Origin: an uncultured Acidimicrobiia bacterium
GTDB taxonomy: Bacteria > Actinomycetota > Acidimicrobiia > Acidimicrobiales > AC-14
Direction: 5' to 3'
Assembly (NCBI GenBank): GCA_963790325.1
Contig: CAWBNY010000004.1
Coordinates: 4,210-68,209, forward strand
DNA: 64,000 nt
Part shown: positions 9,126-18,030 of the stretch, one piece after another
Numbering within the stretch: the stretch's first letter is position 1
How the letters are laid out: the number at the start of each line of letters is the position of its first letter
Notes under the pieces: model-generated
Told to the model about the DNA's origin: nothing
Databases searched by the model: none
Seen by the model: the letters and a program-made list of their open reading frames with translations, nothing else
Made by a program: the position numbers and the translations under genes

Positions 9126-11444
9126 ATGCAGACATCACCCACGTTCCTCGGCCGGGTCGCCGGCTGGTGCTTCGACCACCGGGCCAAGGCGGTCGGCCTC
9201 TGGCTGGTCGCCCTCGTCACGATCCTCGCCGCGGCCGGCTCCGTCGGCTCGCGCTTCAGCGCCACGTCCGCCGTCCCCGGCTCCGGCAGCGCCGCTGGGT
9301 TCGCGGTGCTCGAGGAGCACTTCCCCGAGCTGGGCACGGGTGGGCAGGCGGGGACCATCGTTTTCCGGGCCGAACAGGGGGTCGAGGACCCCGAGGTGCG
9401 GGCCGCCATGGCGGCGCTGTTCGAGCTCGTCGATGCCGGGTTCCCCGATGTCGACGGCGTGGCCCAGCACCCCGGCGGCACCATCGTCTCGCCCTGGTCG
9501 GCGCCGGACCAGATCGCCCGCGGGGGCACGGTCGCCTATGCCCAGGTGAACCTGGCAGCCGAGGTCGACGACACCGCATCGGGGCTCCTCGGGGAGGCGA
9601 TCAGCGACCACGCCCCTGCCATCGACGGCCTCGAGGTCTTCCCCGGCGGCCAGTACCTCGCCGTGGTCGCGCCGCCCGAGTCCGAGCTGATCGGACTGGC
9701 CTTCGCCATGCTCGTGCTGATCGTCGCCTTCGGCTCGGTGCTGGCCATGGGGCTGCCCATCGCCGTCGCCCTCGGCGGTGTCGGTGCCGGCATCGGGACG
9801 ACCCTGCTGCTGAGCAACGTGTTCACGATCCCCGAGGACGCGACCCTGCTCGGGATCATGATCGGCCTCGGCGTCGGGATCGACTATGCCCTGTTCATCG
9901 TCTCCCGCTTCCGGGAGGGCCTGCACGACGGCCGCTCGCCCCGGGACGCCACCGTCGCCGCGATGGCCTCGTCCGGCCGGGCCGTGGTCTTCGCCGGCAC
10001 GACCGTGATGATCTCGATGCTCGGCCTCCTCCTCGTCGGCATCGGCTGGATCGGCGGCATGGGCATCGGCGTGTCGGCGACGGTGCTGGCCACCATGCTC
10101 ACGTCGACGACGCTCCTCCCGGCGCTGCTCGGCTTCGCCCGCGAACGAGTCGAGCTCACCCGCTGGCGGGGCCTGGTCGCCGCCGGCTTCGTCGCCGTCG
10201 CCCTCCTCGCGCTCGGCCTCGGGCTCGCCCCGCTGGCGGCGATCGGCGCCCTGCTCGCCCTGCTCGCCCTGCTCGCCAGCGTCGCCGTCCAGCCCCTGCG
10301 CCGCCCCGTCCCCCGGCGGGCGGCCACGCCGGTGCGCTCGACCTACGCCTACCGCTGGAGCCGCACCATCCAGCGCCATCCGTGGCGTTGGCTGCTCGGC
10401 GCCACCACCGTGCTGGTGCTCCTGGCCGCGCCGGTCACGAGCATCCGCCTGGGCTGGGCCGACGAGGGCAACTTCCCCGAGGGCACGCCGACCCGGCAGG
10501 CCTACGATCTCCTGGCCGAGGGCTTCGGCGCCGGGTTCAACGGGCCGTTCCTGGTCACCGTCGTCTCCGACGACGCGCCGGCCGTCCTCCGGCTGCAGCG
10601 GGCTCTGGCCCAGACACCGGGCGTCGCCGCCGTCACCCCGCCCGTCGCCGACGACCCCACCCACCCGTCGGCCTTCCTCATGCGGCTCGTGGCCACCACC
10701 GCACCCCAGGACGAGGCGACCGGCGATCTCGTCCGCCACCTGCGCGACGACGTCATCCCCGCGGCCGGCGCCGGGCTCGACGTGCAGGTCACCGGCGCCG
10801 CCGCCACCAGCATCGACATCACCGACTACCTGGCCGAGCGCACCGTCGTCTTCTTCGGGGCGGTGCTGGCCCTCTCTTTCGTGCTGCTGCTGCTGGTGTT
10901 CCGGTCGCTGCTGGTGCCGCTCAAGGCCGTGGTCATGAACGTGCTGTCGATCGGCGCCGCCTACGGCATCGTCGTCGCCGTCTTCCAGTGGGGGTGGGCC
11001 GGCTCGGTGCTCGGCATCGAGGGCGGGCCGATCAACCCGTTCATCCCGATGATGCTCTTCGCCGTCGTGTTCGGCCTCTCGATGGACTACGAGGTCTTCA
11101 TGCTCTCCCGCATCCGGGAGGAGTACGTCCGCACTGGTGACGCCACCACGTCGGTGGCCGACGGCCTGGCCTCCACGGCAAAGGTCATCACGGCCGCCGC
11201 CGCCATCATGGTCGTGGTCTTCGCCTCGTTCCTGCTCGAGGACATCCGGGAGATCAAGCTGTTCGGCCTCGGGCTTGCCGTCGCCGTCCTGCTCGACGCC
11301 ACCCTCGTCCGCATGGTGGTCGTGCCGGCCACCCTGGAGCTGCTCGGCGAGCGCAACTGGTGGCTCCCGACCTGGCTTGACCGGCTCCTGCCCCACGTCG
11401 AGATCGAACGCACCGAGCCGGTGCCCGAGCTGGTGGCGGCATGA
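9126..11444 (+). CDS. MMPL-family (RND superfamily) membrane transporter
   Basis: The protein is about 770 aa with two 6-TM bundles and the duplicated motif GLGVGIDYALFIVSRFRE / GLSMDYEVFMLSRIREE. The ORF track also allows a start at 9084. Confidence 0.9.
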   Translation: MQTSPTFLGRVAGWCFDHRAKAVGLWLVALVTILAAAGSVGSRFSATSAVPGSGSAAGFAVLEEHFPELGTGGQAGTIVFRAEQGVEDPEVRAAMAALFELVDAGFPDVDGVAQHPGGTIVSPWSAPDQIARGGTVAYAQVNLAAEVDDTASGLLGEAISDHAPAIDGLEVFPGGQYLAVVAPPESELIGLAFAMLVLIVAFGSVLAMGLPIAVALGGVGAGIGTTLLLSNVFTIPEDATLLGIMIGLGVGIDYALFIVSRFREGLHDGRSPRDATVAAMASSGRAVVFAGTTVMISMLGLLLVGIGWIGGMGIGVSATVLATMLTSTTLLPALLGFARERVELTRWRGLVAAGFVAVALLALGLGLAPLAAIGALLALLALLASVAVQPLRRPVPRRAATPVRSTYAYRWSRTIQRHPWRWLLGATTVLVLLAAPVTSIRLGWADEGNFPEGTPTRQAYDLLAEGFGAGFNGPFLVTVVSDDAPAVLRLQRALAQTPGVAAVTPPVADDPTHPSAFLMRLVATTAPQDEATGDLVRHLRDDVIPAAGAGLDVQVTGAAATSIDITDYLAERTVVFFGAVLALSFVLLLLVFRSLLVPLKAVVMNVLSIGAAYGIVVAVFQWGWAGSVLGIEGGPINPFIPMMLFAVVFGLSMDYEVFMLSRIREEYVRTGDATTSVADGLASTAKVITAAAAIMVVVFASFLLEDIREIKLFGLGLAVAVLLDATLVRMVVVPATLELLGERNWWLPTWLDRLLPHVEIERTEPVPELVAA

Positions 11445-11849
11445 AAGCCATCACCTGCCGCACCTACGGCGTCCTCCAGCTGGAGGAGGTCGTACGAGCC
11501 GGCGCCGGGCGCTGACGACGTGCTCGTCGACATGCACGCGGCGTCGGTGTTCGTCCCGGGGGGCACACTCGTGCAGGTCGGCGGCGACTCCGGCAATCGC
11601 TGGATCGGTCCCATCGGCCGGATGGTCGCCGCCGCCGGGCTCTCCCCGTTCGTCAGCCAGCGGATGACGAGCTTCGCGGTGCAGCCGAACCCGCGGGACC
11701 TCGTCCTCCTCGCCGACCTCGTCGAGCGCGGCCAGGTCGCTTTCGTGCTCGACCAGACCTTCGCCCTCGGCGAGGTCGCCGACGCCATCCGCCACGTCGA
11801 GGGTGGCCACACCCGCGGCAAGACCATCGTCACCACCACCAGGAGCTGA
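11441..11849 (+). pseudogene. zinc-type alcohol dehydrogenase/quinone oxidoreductase (MDR) remnant
   Basis: MKAITCRTYG..LQLEEV hits a stop at 11513. A second frame then reads DDVLVDMHAASV directly fused to PGGTLVQVGG...FVSQR...GHTRGKTIVT. About 170 aa of the middle of the fold are missing and there is a frameshift. Confidence 0.7.
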
Positions 11850-11852
11850 GCC

Positions 11853-12461
11853 ATGCACCCGATCCAGTTCGACGTCGACTACCCCGACGTCCCCCGCAAC
11901 CGAGCTACCGCGGCCTTCCGCCTGGTCCTCGTCATCCCGATCCTGGTCGTCCTCGGCGCGGTCGGGGCCACCGGCTTCGCCGACGACGGCACCGAGCTCG
12001 CTTGCCTCGCCGCCGGCGGGCTGTTCCTCCCGCCGCTGCTGCTGATCGTCTTCCGGCAGAAGTACCCGCGCTGGTGGTTCGACTTCAACGTCGGCTTCCT
12101 GCGGTTCGACGCCCGGGTGTTCGCCTACGCCCTGCTGCTCCGCGACGAGTACCCGTCGACCGACGAGGAGCAGGCCGTGCACCTCGAGCTGCCGTACCCC
12201 GACGTGGCCACCGACCTCAACCGCTGGCTGCCGCTGGTGAAGTGGTTCCTCGCCATCCCGCACTACGTCGTGCTGTTCGTCCTCGGCATCGGTGTCGTGC
12301 TGGCCACCATCGCCGCCTGGTTCGCCATCCTGTGCACCGGCCGCCACCCGCGACGCCTGTTCGACTTCACCGTCGGCGTCATGCGCTGGCACAACCGGGT
12401 CGCCGGCTACGCCTTCGCCCTGGTCACCGACACGTACCCGCCGTTCCGGCTGGCGGCCTGA
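11853..12461 (+). CDS. DUF4389-like membrane protein
   Basis: Two TM pairs and the motifs RFDARVFAYALLLRDEYP and FAILCTGRHPRRLFDF...YAFALVTDTYPPF are typical of DUF4389. Confidence 0.75.
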   Translation: MHPIQFDVDYPDVPRNRATAAFRLVLVIPILVVLGAVGATGFADDGTELACLAAGGLFLPPLLLIVFRQKYPRWWFDFNVGFLRFDARVFAYALLLRDEYPSTDEEQAVHLELPYPDVATDLNRWLPLVKWFLAIPHYVVLFVLGIGVVLATIAAWFAILCTGRHPRRLFDFTVGVMRWHNRVAGYAFALVTDTYPPFRLAA

Positions 12462-12485
12462 CCGTCAGCCCGCCGAGACGCTCGG

Positions 12486-12745
12486 CGGTCTGGGCTATCT
12501 CGGCCTCGTTGATTTGGTACTGCACGCGGTCAGTCGTCCTCGCCCGCTGTGATCTCGTGCGGGTCAACGACCGGGTGCTGAGTCTCGCTGGCAGGCTGCT
12601 CCCGCCCGAGCTTCGATCTCTCGTCGCCATTCATCTCGCCACCGCCGAGCGCCTTCGTGGCGAGGTCGGCGAGCTCGTCATCTACGACGAGCGCATGGCG
12701 GCCGCCGCCCGTCAGCTCGGGCACCGAGTGTTCGCGCCCGGATAG
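12486..12745 (+). pseudogene. PIN-domain (VapC-like) toxin, C-terminal remnant
   Basis: LRSLVAIHLATAERL...LVIYDERMAAAARQLGHRVFAPG matches the C-terminal half of VapC toxins. The N-terminal catalytic Asp region, a start codon and an antitoxin are all absent. Confidence 0.5.
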
Positions 12746-12888
12746 CGGAGACTCGCCACTCGCTGCCATCGGGTCACCGCGCTGCGGATCGCCCCACGCC
12801 ATCGCCCGCGCGTGCCCGTCCGGCAACGCCGGGGGTTCGATGGCTGGGAGCACCGCCGCCAGGTGGCCGCCCGGCAACGGGCAACCGC

Positions 12889-13860
12889 TCAGTCCCTTCG
12901 GCGCAGACCCGTGACCGGATCGGTGGCCAGGTCGATCACCACGGTCCCCACGCGCCGACCTCCGGCCGTCACCGACACCCGCCCGGTCCGATCCAACCCG
13001 CCCACCACCGCCGCCTCGATGCCGCGGGCGTGGAACGGGCGGAGGCAGTCGTCCTCCCGGCCGGGGGGGACGCACAGGAGGAAGGCGAAGCACGGGAAGC
13101 ACGTCAGCCACCGGGTGAGGTCCACACCGGCCGGCGCAGGCAAAAGGTCGAGGTCGACGGTGACGCCCAGGCGGTTGGCTTCCAACAGCATCCCGAGCGA
13201 CCCGAGGAGGCCGGCCATGCTCACGTCCTTGGCGGCCACGCATGACCCGTCCGCCGCGACCTGGGCGAGGAGGCGGACGTCGGCGGCCAGGCCGGTGCCC
13301 CGCTCGTCGAAGGAGCGGAAGAAAGGGAAGTCGTCCCGCATGGAGCCGGCGGTGACGGCGGCCACCACCAGGCTCTGACCGGCGGCGGCCCGGGTCATCG
13401 ACAGGGCCGGACCGCCGCCCACCAGCCGCCCCAGGCCGAACGCGGACAGCGCCGGCGGGCCGTCGTGGAGGGTGAGATGGCCGCCCACGACGGGCACGTC
13501 GTACAGCCGGCCGGCGTCGCGCATGCCCTCCAGCGCCAGGCGGGCGACCTCGGCCGAGGCCACCACCGTGTCGACGATGGCCAGCGGCACCGCCCCCATG
13601 GCGGCCAGGTCGTTGACGTTGGCCAGCACCGCGGCCACGCCCGCCCCGTAGGGATCGGCCGCCACCAAGCCGGGGAGCATCGCCTCGCCCCCCACCACCA
13701 GGTCGCCACCGACCAGAGCCCCGTCGTCGCCCGGGCCGGTGAGCCAGTCCGTTCCCCCGAAGACCTCCGACACCACCGCGATGGGCGCCTTGTTGCGCAA
13801 CCCCGGATGGGCCCGCACCGCGGCCGCCAGCGCCTCCAAATCTTGCACTAAAGTAGACAC
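12889..13860 (-). CDS. AIR synthase-related (PurM/ThiL/HypE-fold) ATP-utilising protein
   Basis: The PurM-like N domain shows GPGDDGALV...LANVNDLAAMGAVPLAIVDT, and the C domain shows KDVSMAGLLGSLGMLLE. I chose the GTG at 13860, which follows GGTAGAGAG. The longer ORF in the track is upstream read-through. Confidence 0.8.
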   Translation of the reverse strand: MSTLVQDLEALAAAVRAHPGLRNKAPIAVVSEVFGGTDWLTGPGDDGALVGGDLVVGGEAMLPGLVAADPYGAGVAAVLANVNDLAAMGAVPLAIVDTVVASAEVARLALEGMRDAGRLYDVPVVGGHLTLHDGPPALSAFGLGRLVGGGPALSMTRAAAGQSLVVAAVTAGSMRDDFPFFRSFDERGTGLAADVRLLAQVAADGSCVAAKDVSMAGLLGSLGMLLEANRLGVTVDLDLLPAPAGVDLTRWLTCFPCFAFLLCVPPGREDDCLRPFHARGIEAAVVGGLDRTGRVSVTAGGRRVGTVVIDLATDPVTGLRRRD

Positions 13861-13878
13861 CTCTCTACCATAGGATGC

Positions 13879-14658
13879 GTGGTTGCTCCGTTCCCGCTCG
13901 ATCTCCCGGAGCGGTCGACCAAGCCCCGCCGGGTGGGGCTCACCCACGTGCTCGACAAGGGTCTCACGCCCGGCCAGGTGACCGACCGGCTGGCCACGTG
14001 CGGGACCTACGTCGACGTGTGGAAGTTCGGCTGGGGCACCGCCTACGTGGACCCCATGGTGGAGGCCAAGCTCGCCGTCCTCGACCAGCACGCCGTGCTC
14101 GGCTGCCTGGGGGGCACCCTTCTCGAGGTGGCCTGGAGCCAGCGGCGGGCCGACGACCTCCTCGACTGGGCCGCCGGGGCCGGCTTCCCGTGCGTCGAGG
14201 TGTCCCGGGGGGCGGCGCCCATGAGCGTCGCCGACAAGCACGACCTCATCCGGGTGGCGGCGTCGGGGTTCACCGTGCTGTCCGAGGTGGGGGCCAAGAG
14301 CCGCACCGCCCGGATGGCGCCCGGGGACTGGGCCGACGAGGTGGCGGGCGATCTGGCCGCCGGCGCCCGGTGGGTCATCGCCGAGGGCCGGGAGAGCGGG
14401 ACGGTGGGCGTCTTCAACGACGACGGCAGCGTGCGGGAGGACGTGGTGACGGCGGTGGTGGGTGCCGCCGGCGGGGTCGAGCGGGTCGTGTTCGAAGCAC
14501 CCCGCAAGGACCAGCAGGCGTGGTTCATCCGCCGCTTCGGGAGCGAGGTCAACCTGGCCAACGTCGCCGTCACCGAGGTCATGGGCCTGGAGACGCTGCG
14601 CCTGGGGCTGCGGGCCGACACCATCGACCTGTCGGTCGGTCGCCTGCCGGTCCGCTAG
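13879..14658 (+). CDS. comA: (2R)-phospho-3-sulfolactate synthase (ComA/XcbB family)
   Basis: KPRRVGLTHVLDKG...YVDVWKFGWGTAY...GGTLLEVA...GFPCVEVSRG...VLSEVGAK follows the ComA family pattern. Confidence 0.85.
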   Translation: MVAPFPLDLPERSTKPRRVGLTHVLDKGLTPGQVTDRLATCGTYVDVWKFGWGTAYVDPMVEAKLAVLDQHAVLGCLGGTLLEVAWSQRRADDLLDWAAGAGFPCVEVSRGAAPMSVADKHDLIRVAASGFTVLSEVGAKSRTARMAPGDWADEVAGDLAAGARWVIAEGRESGTVGVFNDDGSVREDVVTAVVGAAGGVERVVFEAPRKDQQAWFIRRFGSEVNLANVAVTEVMGLETLRLGLRADTIDLSVGRLPVR

Positions 14659-14660
14659 CG

Positions 14661-15536
14661 GTGGCCAACCTCGTCCCCGGCCAGTACCGGAAGGTGTCGG
14701 TGGCGACGGTGGACGTCCCGCTGACGGTCGATGGCCTGACCAGCCACTTCCTCGGTCGGGAGGTCTACCGGGCGACCCGCTTCGTGGTGGTCCGGCGGGG
14801 GGACGACGCGGCCGTGGTCGAGGTCGATCACGCCGAGGACGGGCTGTTCGCACCGGTGAAGGCGGTGGAGGTCCTGGCCTTGCCGGCCGACTGTGACTAC
14901 GTGGTCGCGCCCGAGGTCGACACCGCCATCCCGTCGGCTCTGGCCGCCATCGCCTCCGGCGCCCGCTGCGTCGTGGTCGAGGGTCGCTACCGGCACGTGA
15001 GCTTCATCCTCGACCCCCGGCCCATCCGCATCCGGGTGGGCGACGTGGTGCCGCCGGGGCCGGCCAAGCTCCTCGACCAGGCCCGGCGGGTGCTGGCCGT
15101 GGCCGAGGACCTGCCGCCCGTCGAGCTGGTGCCGGACGTCGTCGACCTGGTCGATCTGGCCGCCGACCATCCGGCGCCGCGCTATCTCCTGCCGTGCCGA
15201 GGGTCGGGGATCGCGGTGGGGGGAGCGGCGGTCGACTTCCTCGACCAGCACCCCGAGCGGGGCGACTGGACCCTGCTCGGCTGCGCCCGGTCCCGAGCCA
15301 TCCACGAGTGGTTCTACGGCGACGTCCCGCCGACGGTGGACACCTGCCCCCGGCGCCTCTTCTCCGGCCGAGGTCTAAGCGACCGCCCGCTGCTCACCAA
15401 GTGCTGCCTGCTGGAGGACCGCAACCTCGACGAGCCGGGGGTGGCGGTGGTGCCGTGGGGCGCCTCCCTCGACCTGGTGCGGCGGGCACTGACCGCCCTG
15501 ACCACCGCCGAGGACCCGACGTGGGCGCCCGCCTGA
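14661..15536 (+). CDS. hypothetical protein (291 aa), embedded in the sulfonate operon
   Basis: It is in frame with near-saturated GC3. A GTG lies 2 nt after the comA stop, and its 3' end overlaps the next gene by 16 nt. No family was recognised. The C-terminal half is Cys-containing (CPRR...TKCC). Confidence 0.6.
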   Translation: MANLVPGQYRKVSVATVDVPLTVDGLTSHFLGREVYRATRFVVVRRGDDAAVVEVDHAEDGLFAPVKAVEVLALPADCDYVVAPEVDTAIPSALAAIASGARCVVVEGRYRHVSFILDPRPIRIRVGDVVPPGPAKLLDQARRVLAVAEDLPPVELVPDVVDLVDLAADHPAPRYLLPCRGSGIAVGGAAVDFLDQHPERGDWTLLGCARSRAIHEWFYGDVPPTVDTCPRRLFSGRGLSDRPLLTKCCLLEDRNLDEPGVAVVPWGASLDLVRRALTALTTAEDPTWAPA

Positions 15537-16882
15537 CCGACTCCGCTCTCTACGCCCACCTGTGGGGGACTGACGAGCTGCGGGCCGTGTTCGACGAACG
15601 CGCTCGGCTCCAGGGATGGCTCGACGTGGTGGCGGCGTTGGCCCGGGCCCAGGCCAAGCTCGGGATCGTCCCCCCCGAGGCGGCCGACGCCATCACCGAG
15701 CTGGCCACGGTCGACCGCCTCGACCTCGACTTCGTGGCCGCCGAGACCCGGCGCACGTCCCACTCCACCCTCGGCCTGATCCACGGCCTGCAGCGGGTGC
15801 TGCCCCCCGAGGCGGCCGGGCACGTGTACGTGGGCACCACCGTCCAGGACGTCACCGACACGTGGACGGTGCTCGCCCTGCGGGAGGTGGGGCGGGTGGC
15901 ATGGCGCGACCTGCGCATCGTCGAGGGCCTCCTCCTCGACCTGGCCGAGCGCCACCGGGACACGGTCATGGTCGGGCGGACCCACGGCCAGCCGGGGTCG
16001 CCGATCACGTTCGGGTACAAAGCCGCCTCGTGGGCGGACGAGGTCCGCCGCCACCTCGACCGGCTGGCCGAGGGCCGGCCCCGGTGGCTGGTCGGCCAGC
16101 TGGGCGGGGCCGTCGGCGTCCTCGGCTACTTCGGGGCCGACGGGCCGGCCCTTCGATCCGCCTTCTGCACCGAGCTCGATCTCGACGATCCGGCGATCTC
16201 GTGGCTGACGGCGAGGGACCGGCTGGCAGAGGCGGCGTCGGTGTTCGCCCTGGTCACGGGCACCTTGGCCCGCATCGGCAACGAGGTCCTCGAACTGCAG
16301 CGGCCCGAGATCGGCGAGCTGGCCGAGCCCACCACGGCCGACGTCGTGGGCAGCATCACCATGCCCCACAAGCGCAACCCGGAGCGCAGCGAGCACCTCG
16401 ACACCCTGGCCCGGCTGGTGCGGGCCAACGCCGCCGTCCTCGTCGAGGGCGTGGCCCAGCTCCACGAGCGGGACGGGCGGGCGTGGAAGGCGGAGTGGGT
16501 GGCGTTCCCCGAGGTGTGCCTGCTCACTGGAGTCGCCCTGCGGACCGCGATCGAGCTGCTCACCGGCCTCGAGGTCGACGGCGAGGCGATGGCCCGCCGG
16601 GTCGGGCAACGGGACGAGGCGGGCTCGGAGCGGGTGCTGGCCGTCCTCACCGCCCGCCTCGGCCGCCACCCGGCCCGGGAAGCGCTCCACCGGGCCCTCC
16701 GACCGGGCTCCGCCGGAACACCGTCTCTGGCCGACGCAGTCGTCGCCGAAGGCCTCCTCACCGCCGACGAGGTCGCCCGCCTGCTCGCCGAGCCGGCCGT
16801 CGAGGGGGCCGTGGCCATGGTCGACGAGGTCGTCCGCCGGGGTCGCGCCGCCCGGGCCGGCGACCCGTCGGCGTGGGCCTGA
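15521..16882 (+). CDS. aspartase/fumarase-superfamily lyase, adenylosuccinate lyase/CMLE-like (XcbC-like candidate)
   Basis: Contains LYAHLWGT, TVQDVTDT and the superfamily signature loop GSITMPHKRNPERSEHL. Confidence 0.85.
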   Translation: MGARLTDSALYAHLWGTDELRAVFDERARLQGWLDVVAALARAQAKLGIVPPEAADAITELATVDRLDLDFVAAETRRTSHSTLGLIHGLQRVLPPEAAGHVYVGTTVQDVTDTWTVLALREVGRVAWRDLRIVEGLLLDLAERHRDTVMVGRTHGQPGSPITFGYKAASWADEVRRHLDRLAEGRPRWLVGQLGGAVGVLGYFGADGPALRSAFCTELDLDDPAISWLTARDRLAEAASVFALVTGTLARIGNEVLELQRPEIGELAEPTTADVVGSITMPHKRNPERSEHLDTLARLVRANAAVLVEGVAQLHERDGRAWKAEWVAFPEVCLLTGVALRTAIELLTGLEVDGEAMARRVGQRDEAGSERVLAVLTARLGRHPAREALHRALRPGSAGTPSLADAVVAEGLLTADEVARLLAEPAVEGAVAMVDEVVRRGRAARAGDPSAWA

Positions 16883-16955
16883 CCCGGTGGTCCATGCGCT
16901 GGCCGTCCGGACCGGTGACACTGCGGGGGTTCACCAGTCCGAACGGAGACCTCCC

Positions 16956-17954
16956 GTGACCGTCAGCCCCGCCCTGGCCACCGCCGCTGCGCTGCCCCGA
17001 CTGCTCCTGGCCAACCTGCCCACGCCCCTCGTGGAGGCGTCGCGGCTGACCCACGCCCTCGGTGGCCCACCCATCCACGTCAAGCGCGACGACCTCGCCG
17101 GCTTCGGCCTGGCCGGCCACAAGGCCCGCCAGCTCGAGTTCCTGGTGGGGGCCGCCCTCGACCAGGGCTGCGACGTGATGGTCACCGGTGGCGGGCCCAG
17201 CTCGAACTTCTGCGCCGCGGCCGCGGCGGCGGCGTCGGCCGCCGGCCTCGACTGCCACCTCGTCCTCTACGGGGCCGAGCCGGAGCAGACCCATCCCAAC
17301 CTGGCCGTGGCCCAGGCGTGCGGAGCGGTCGTGCGCTACACCCGCGACCCGTCGCGGTCGTCGGTCGACGCCCGGGTGGTGGAGGTGGCGGAGGCGCTCA
17401 CCGCCGGCGGGCGGCAGCCCTTCGCCATGCCCCGGGGCGGCGCCACCGCCCTGGGCACGGTGGGGATGGTGCTCGGCGTGGAGGAGCTGGCCGCCCAGCT
17501 GGACGAGGCGGGCATCGAGCCGGCCATGGTGGTCATCGCCACCGGCTCCGGCGCCGCCTGCGCCGGCCTGACCCTGGGGGCGTCGCTGTGCGGGCGGTCG
17601 TGGCGGGTGGTGGGCGCCTCGGTGAGCCGGCCCGGGGAAGAGGTCGTGCAATCGGTGCAGACGCTCGCCGCCGAGTGCGCCGAGCTGCTCGGTGTCGAGA
17701 CCCCGCCCGGGCTCAGCCTGGAGCTGGCCGACGCCCGTGGTCCCGGATTCGGCGTCCCGTCGGCCGACGGCGAGTCGGCCGCCCGGGTGGCGCTGCGCAC
17801 CGAGGGCCTCGTCCTCGACCCGGTGTACACGGCCAAGGCCCTGGCCGTCCTCCTCCGCCTGCTCGACCCGGGGTCGAAGCAGCCGGTAGTTTTCTGGCAC
17901 ACCGGCGGGCTCCTGGGGGCGGCCCACCACCTGGCGGGAGGCGGCGAGGAGTGA
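16956..17954 (+). CDS. PLP-dependent enzyme of the ACC deaminase/D-cysteine desulfhydrase family (XcbE-like candidate)
   Basis: Contains PTPLVEASRL...HVKRDDLAGFGLAGHKARQLEFLV (the PLP-Lys motif) and the glycine loop TGGGPSSNF. I chose the GTG at 16956, which follows GGAGA; the ORF track start is 16887. Confidence 0.85.
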   Translation: MTVSPALATAAALPRLLLANLPTPLVEASRLTHALGGPPIHVKRDDLAGFGLAGHKARQLEFLVGAALDQGCDVMVTGGGPSSNFCAAAAAAASAAGLDCHLVLYGAEPEQTHPNLAVAQACGAVVRYTRDPSRSSVDARVVEVAEALTAGGRQPFAMPRGGATALGTVGMVLGVEELAAQLDEAGIEPAMVVIATGSGAACAGLTLGASLCGRSWRVVGASVSRPGEEVVQSVQTLAAECAELLGVETPPGLSLELADARGPGFGVPSADGESAARVALRTEGLVLDPVYTAKALAVLLRLLDPGSKQPVVFWHTGGLLGAAHHLAGGGEE

Positions 17955-17956
17955 AC

Positions 17957-18013
17957 GGTGGCGGTGGCGGGGTGGTGGTGGTGGTGGTGGTGGCGGTGGC
18001 GGTGGCGGTGGCG
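17957..18013 (+). repeat. (GGT/GGC)n trinucleotide microsatellite, A-free, in the intercistronic spacer
   Basis: The sequence ggtggcggtggcggggtggtggtggtggtggtggtggcggtggcggtggcggtggcggc fills the spacer between the stop at 17954 and the GTG at 18031. Confidence 0.95.
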
Positions 18014-18030
18014 GCCCGGCCCGGGAGCTG

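Noticed and set aside
12889-13860. Assigning the AIR-synthase-like gene to a Nit1C nitrilase-type cluster.
   Set aside because: Its immediate partners are the comA/lyase/PLP genes, 18 bp away on the divergent strand. The nitrile-hydratase locus is 17 kb distant, and the other Nit1C families (radical SAM, GNAT, glycosyltransferase) are not adjacent.
17958-18030. A poly-Trp N-terminus (MAVAGWWWWWWWRWRWRW) for the 963-aa ORF, or a poly-Gly extension of the ArgH-like gene.
   Set aside because: The Trp/Arg run is just the (GGT)n repeat read in another frame. The lyase frame has a stop at 17887 and no start codon before 18028/18031, so the repeat is intercistronic.
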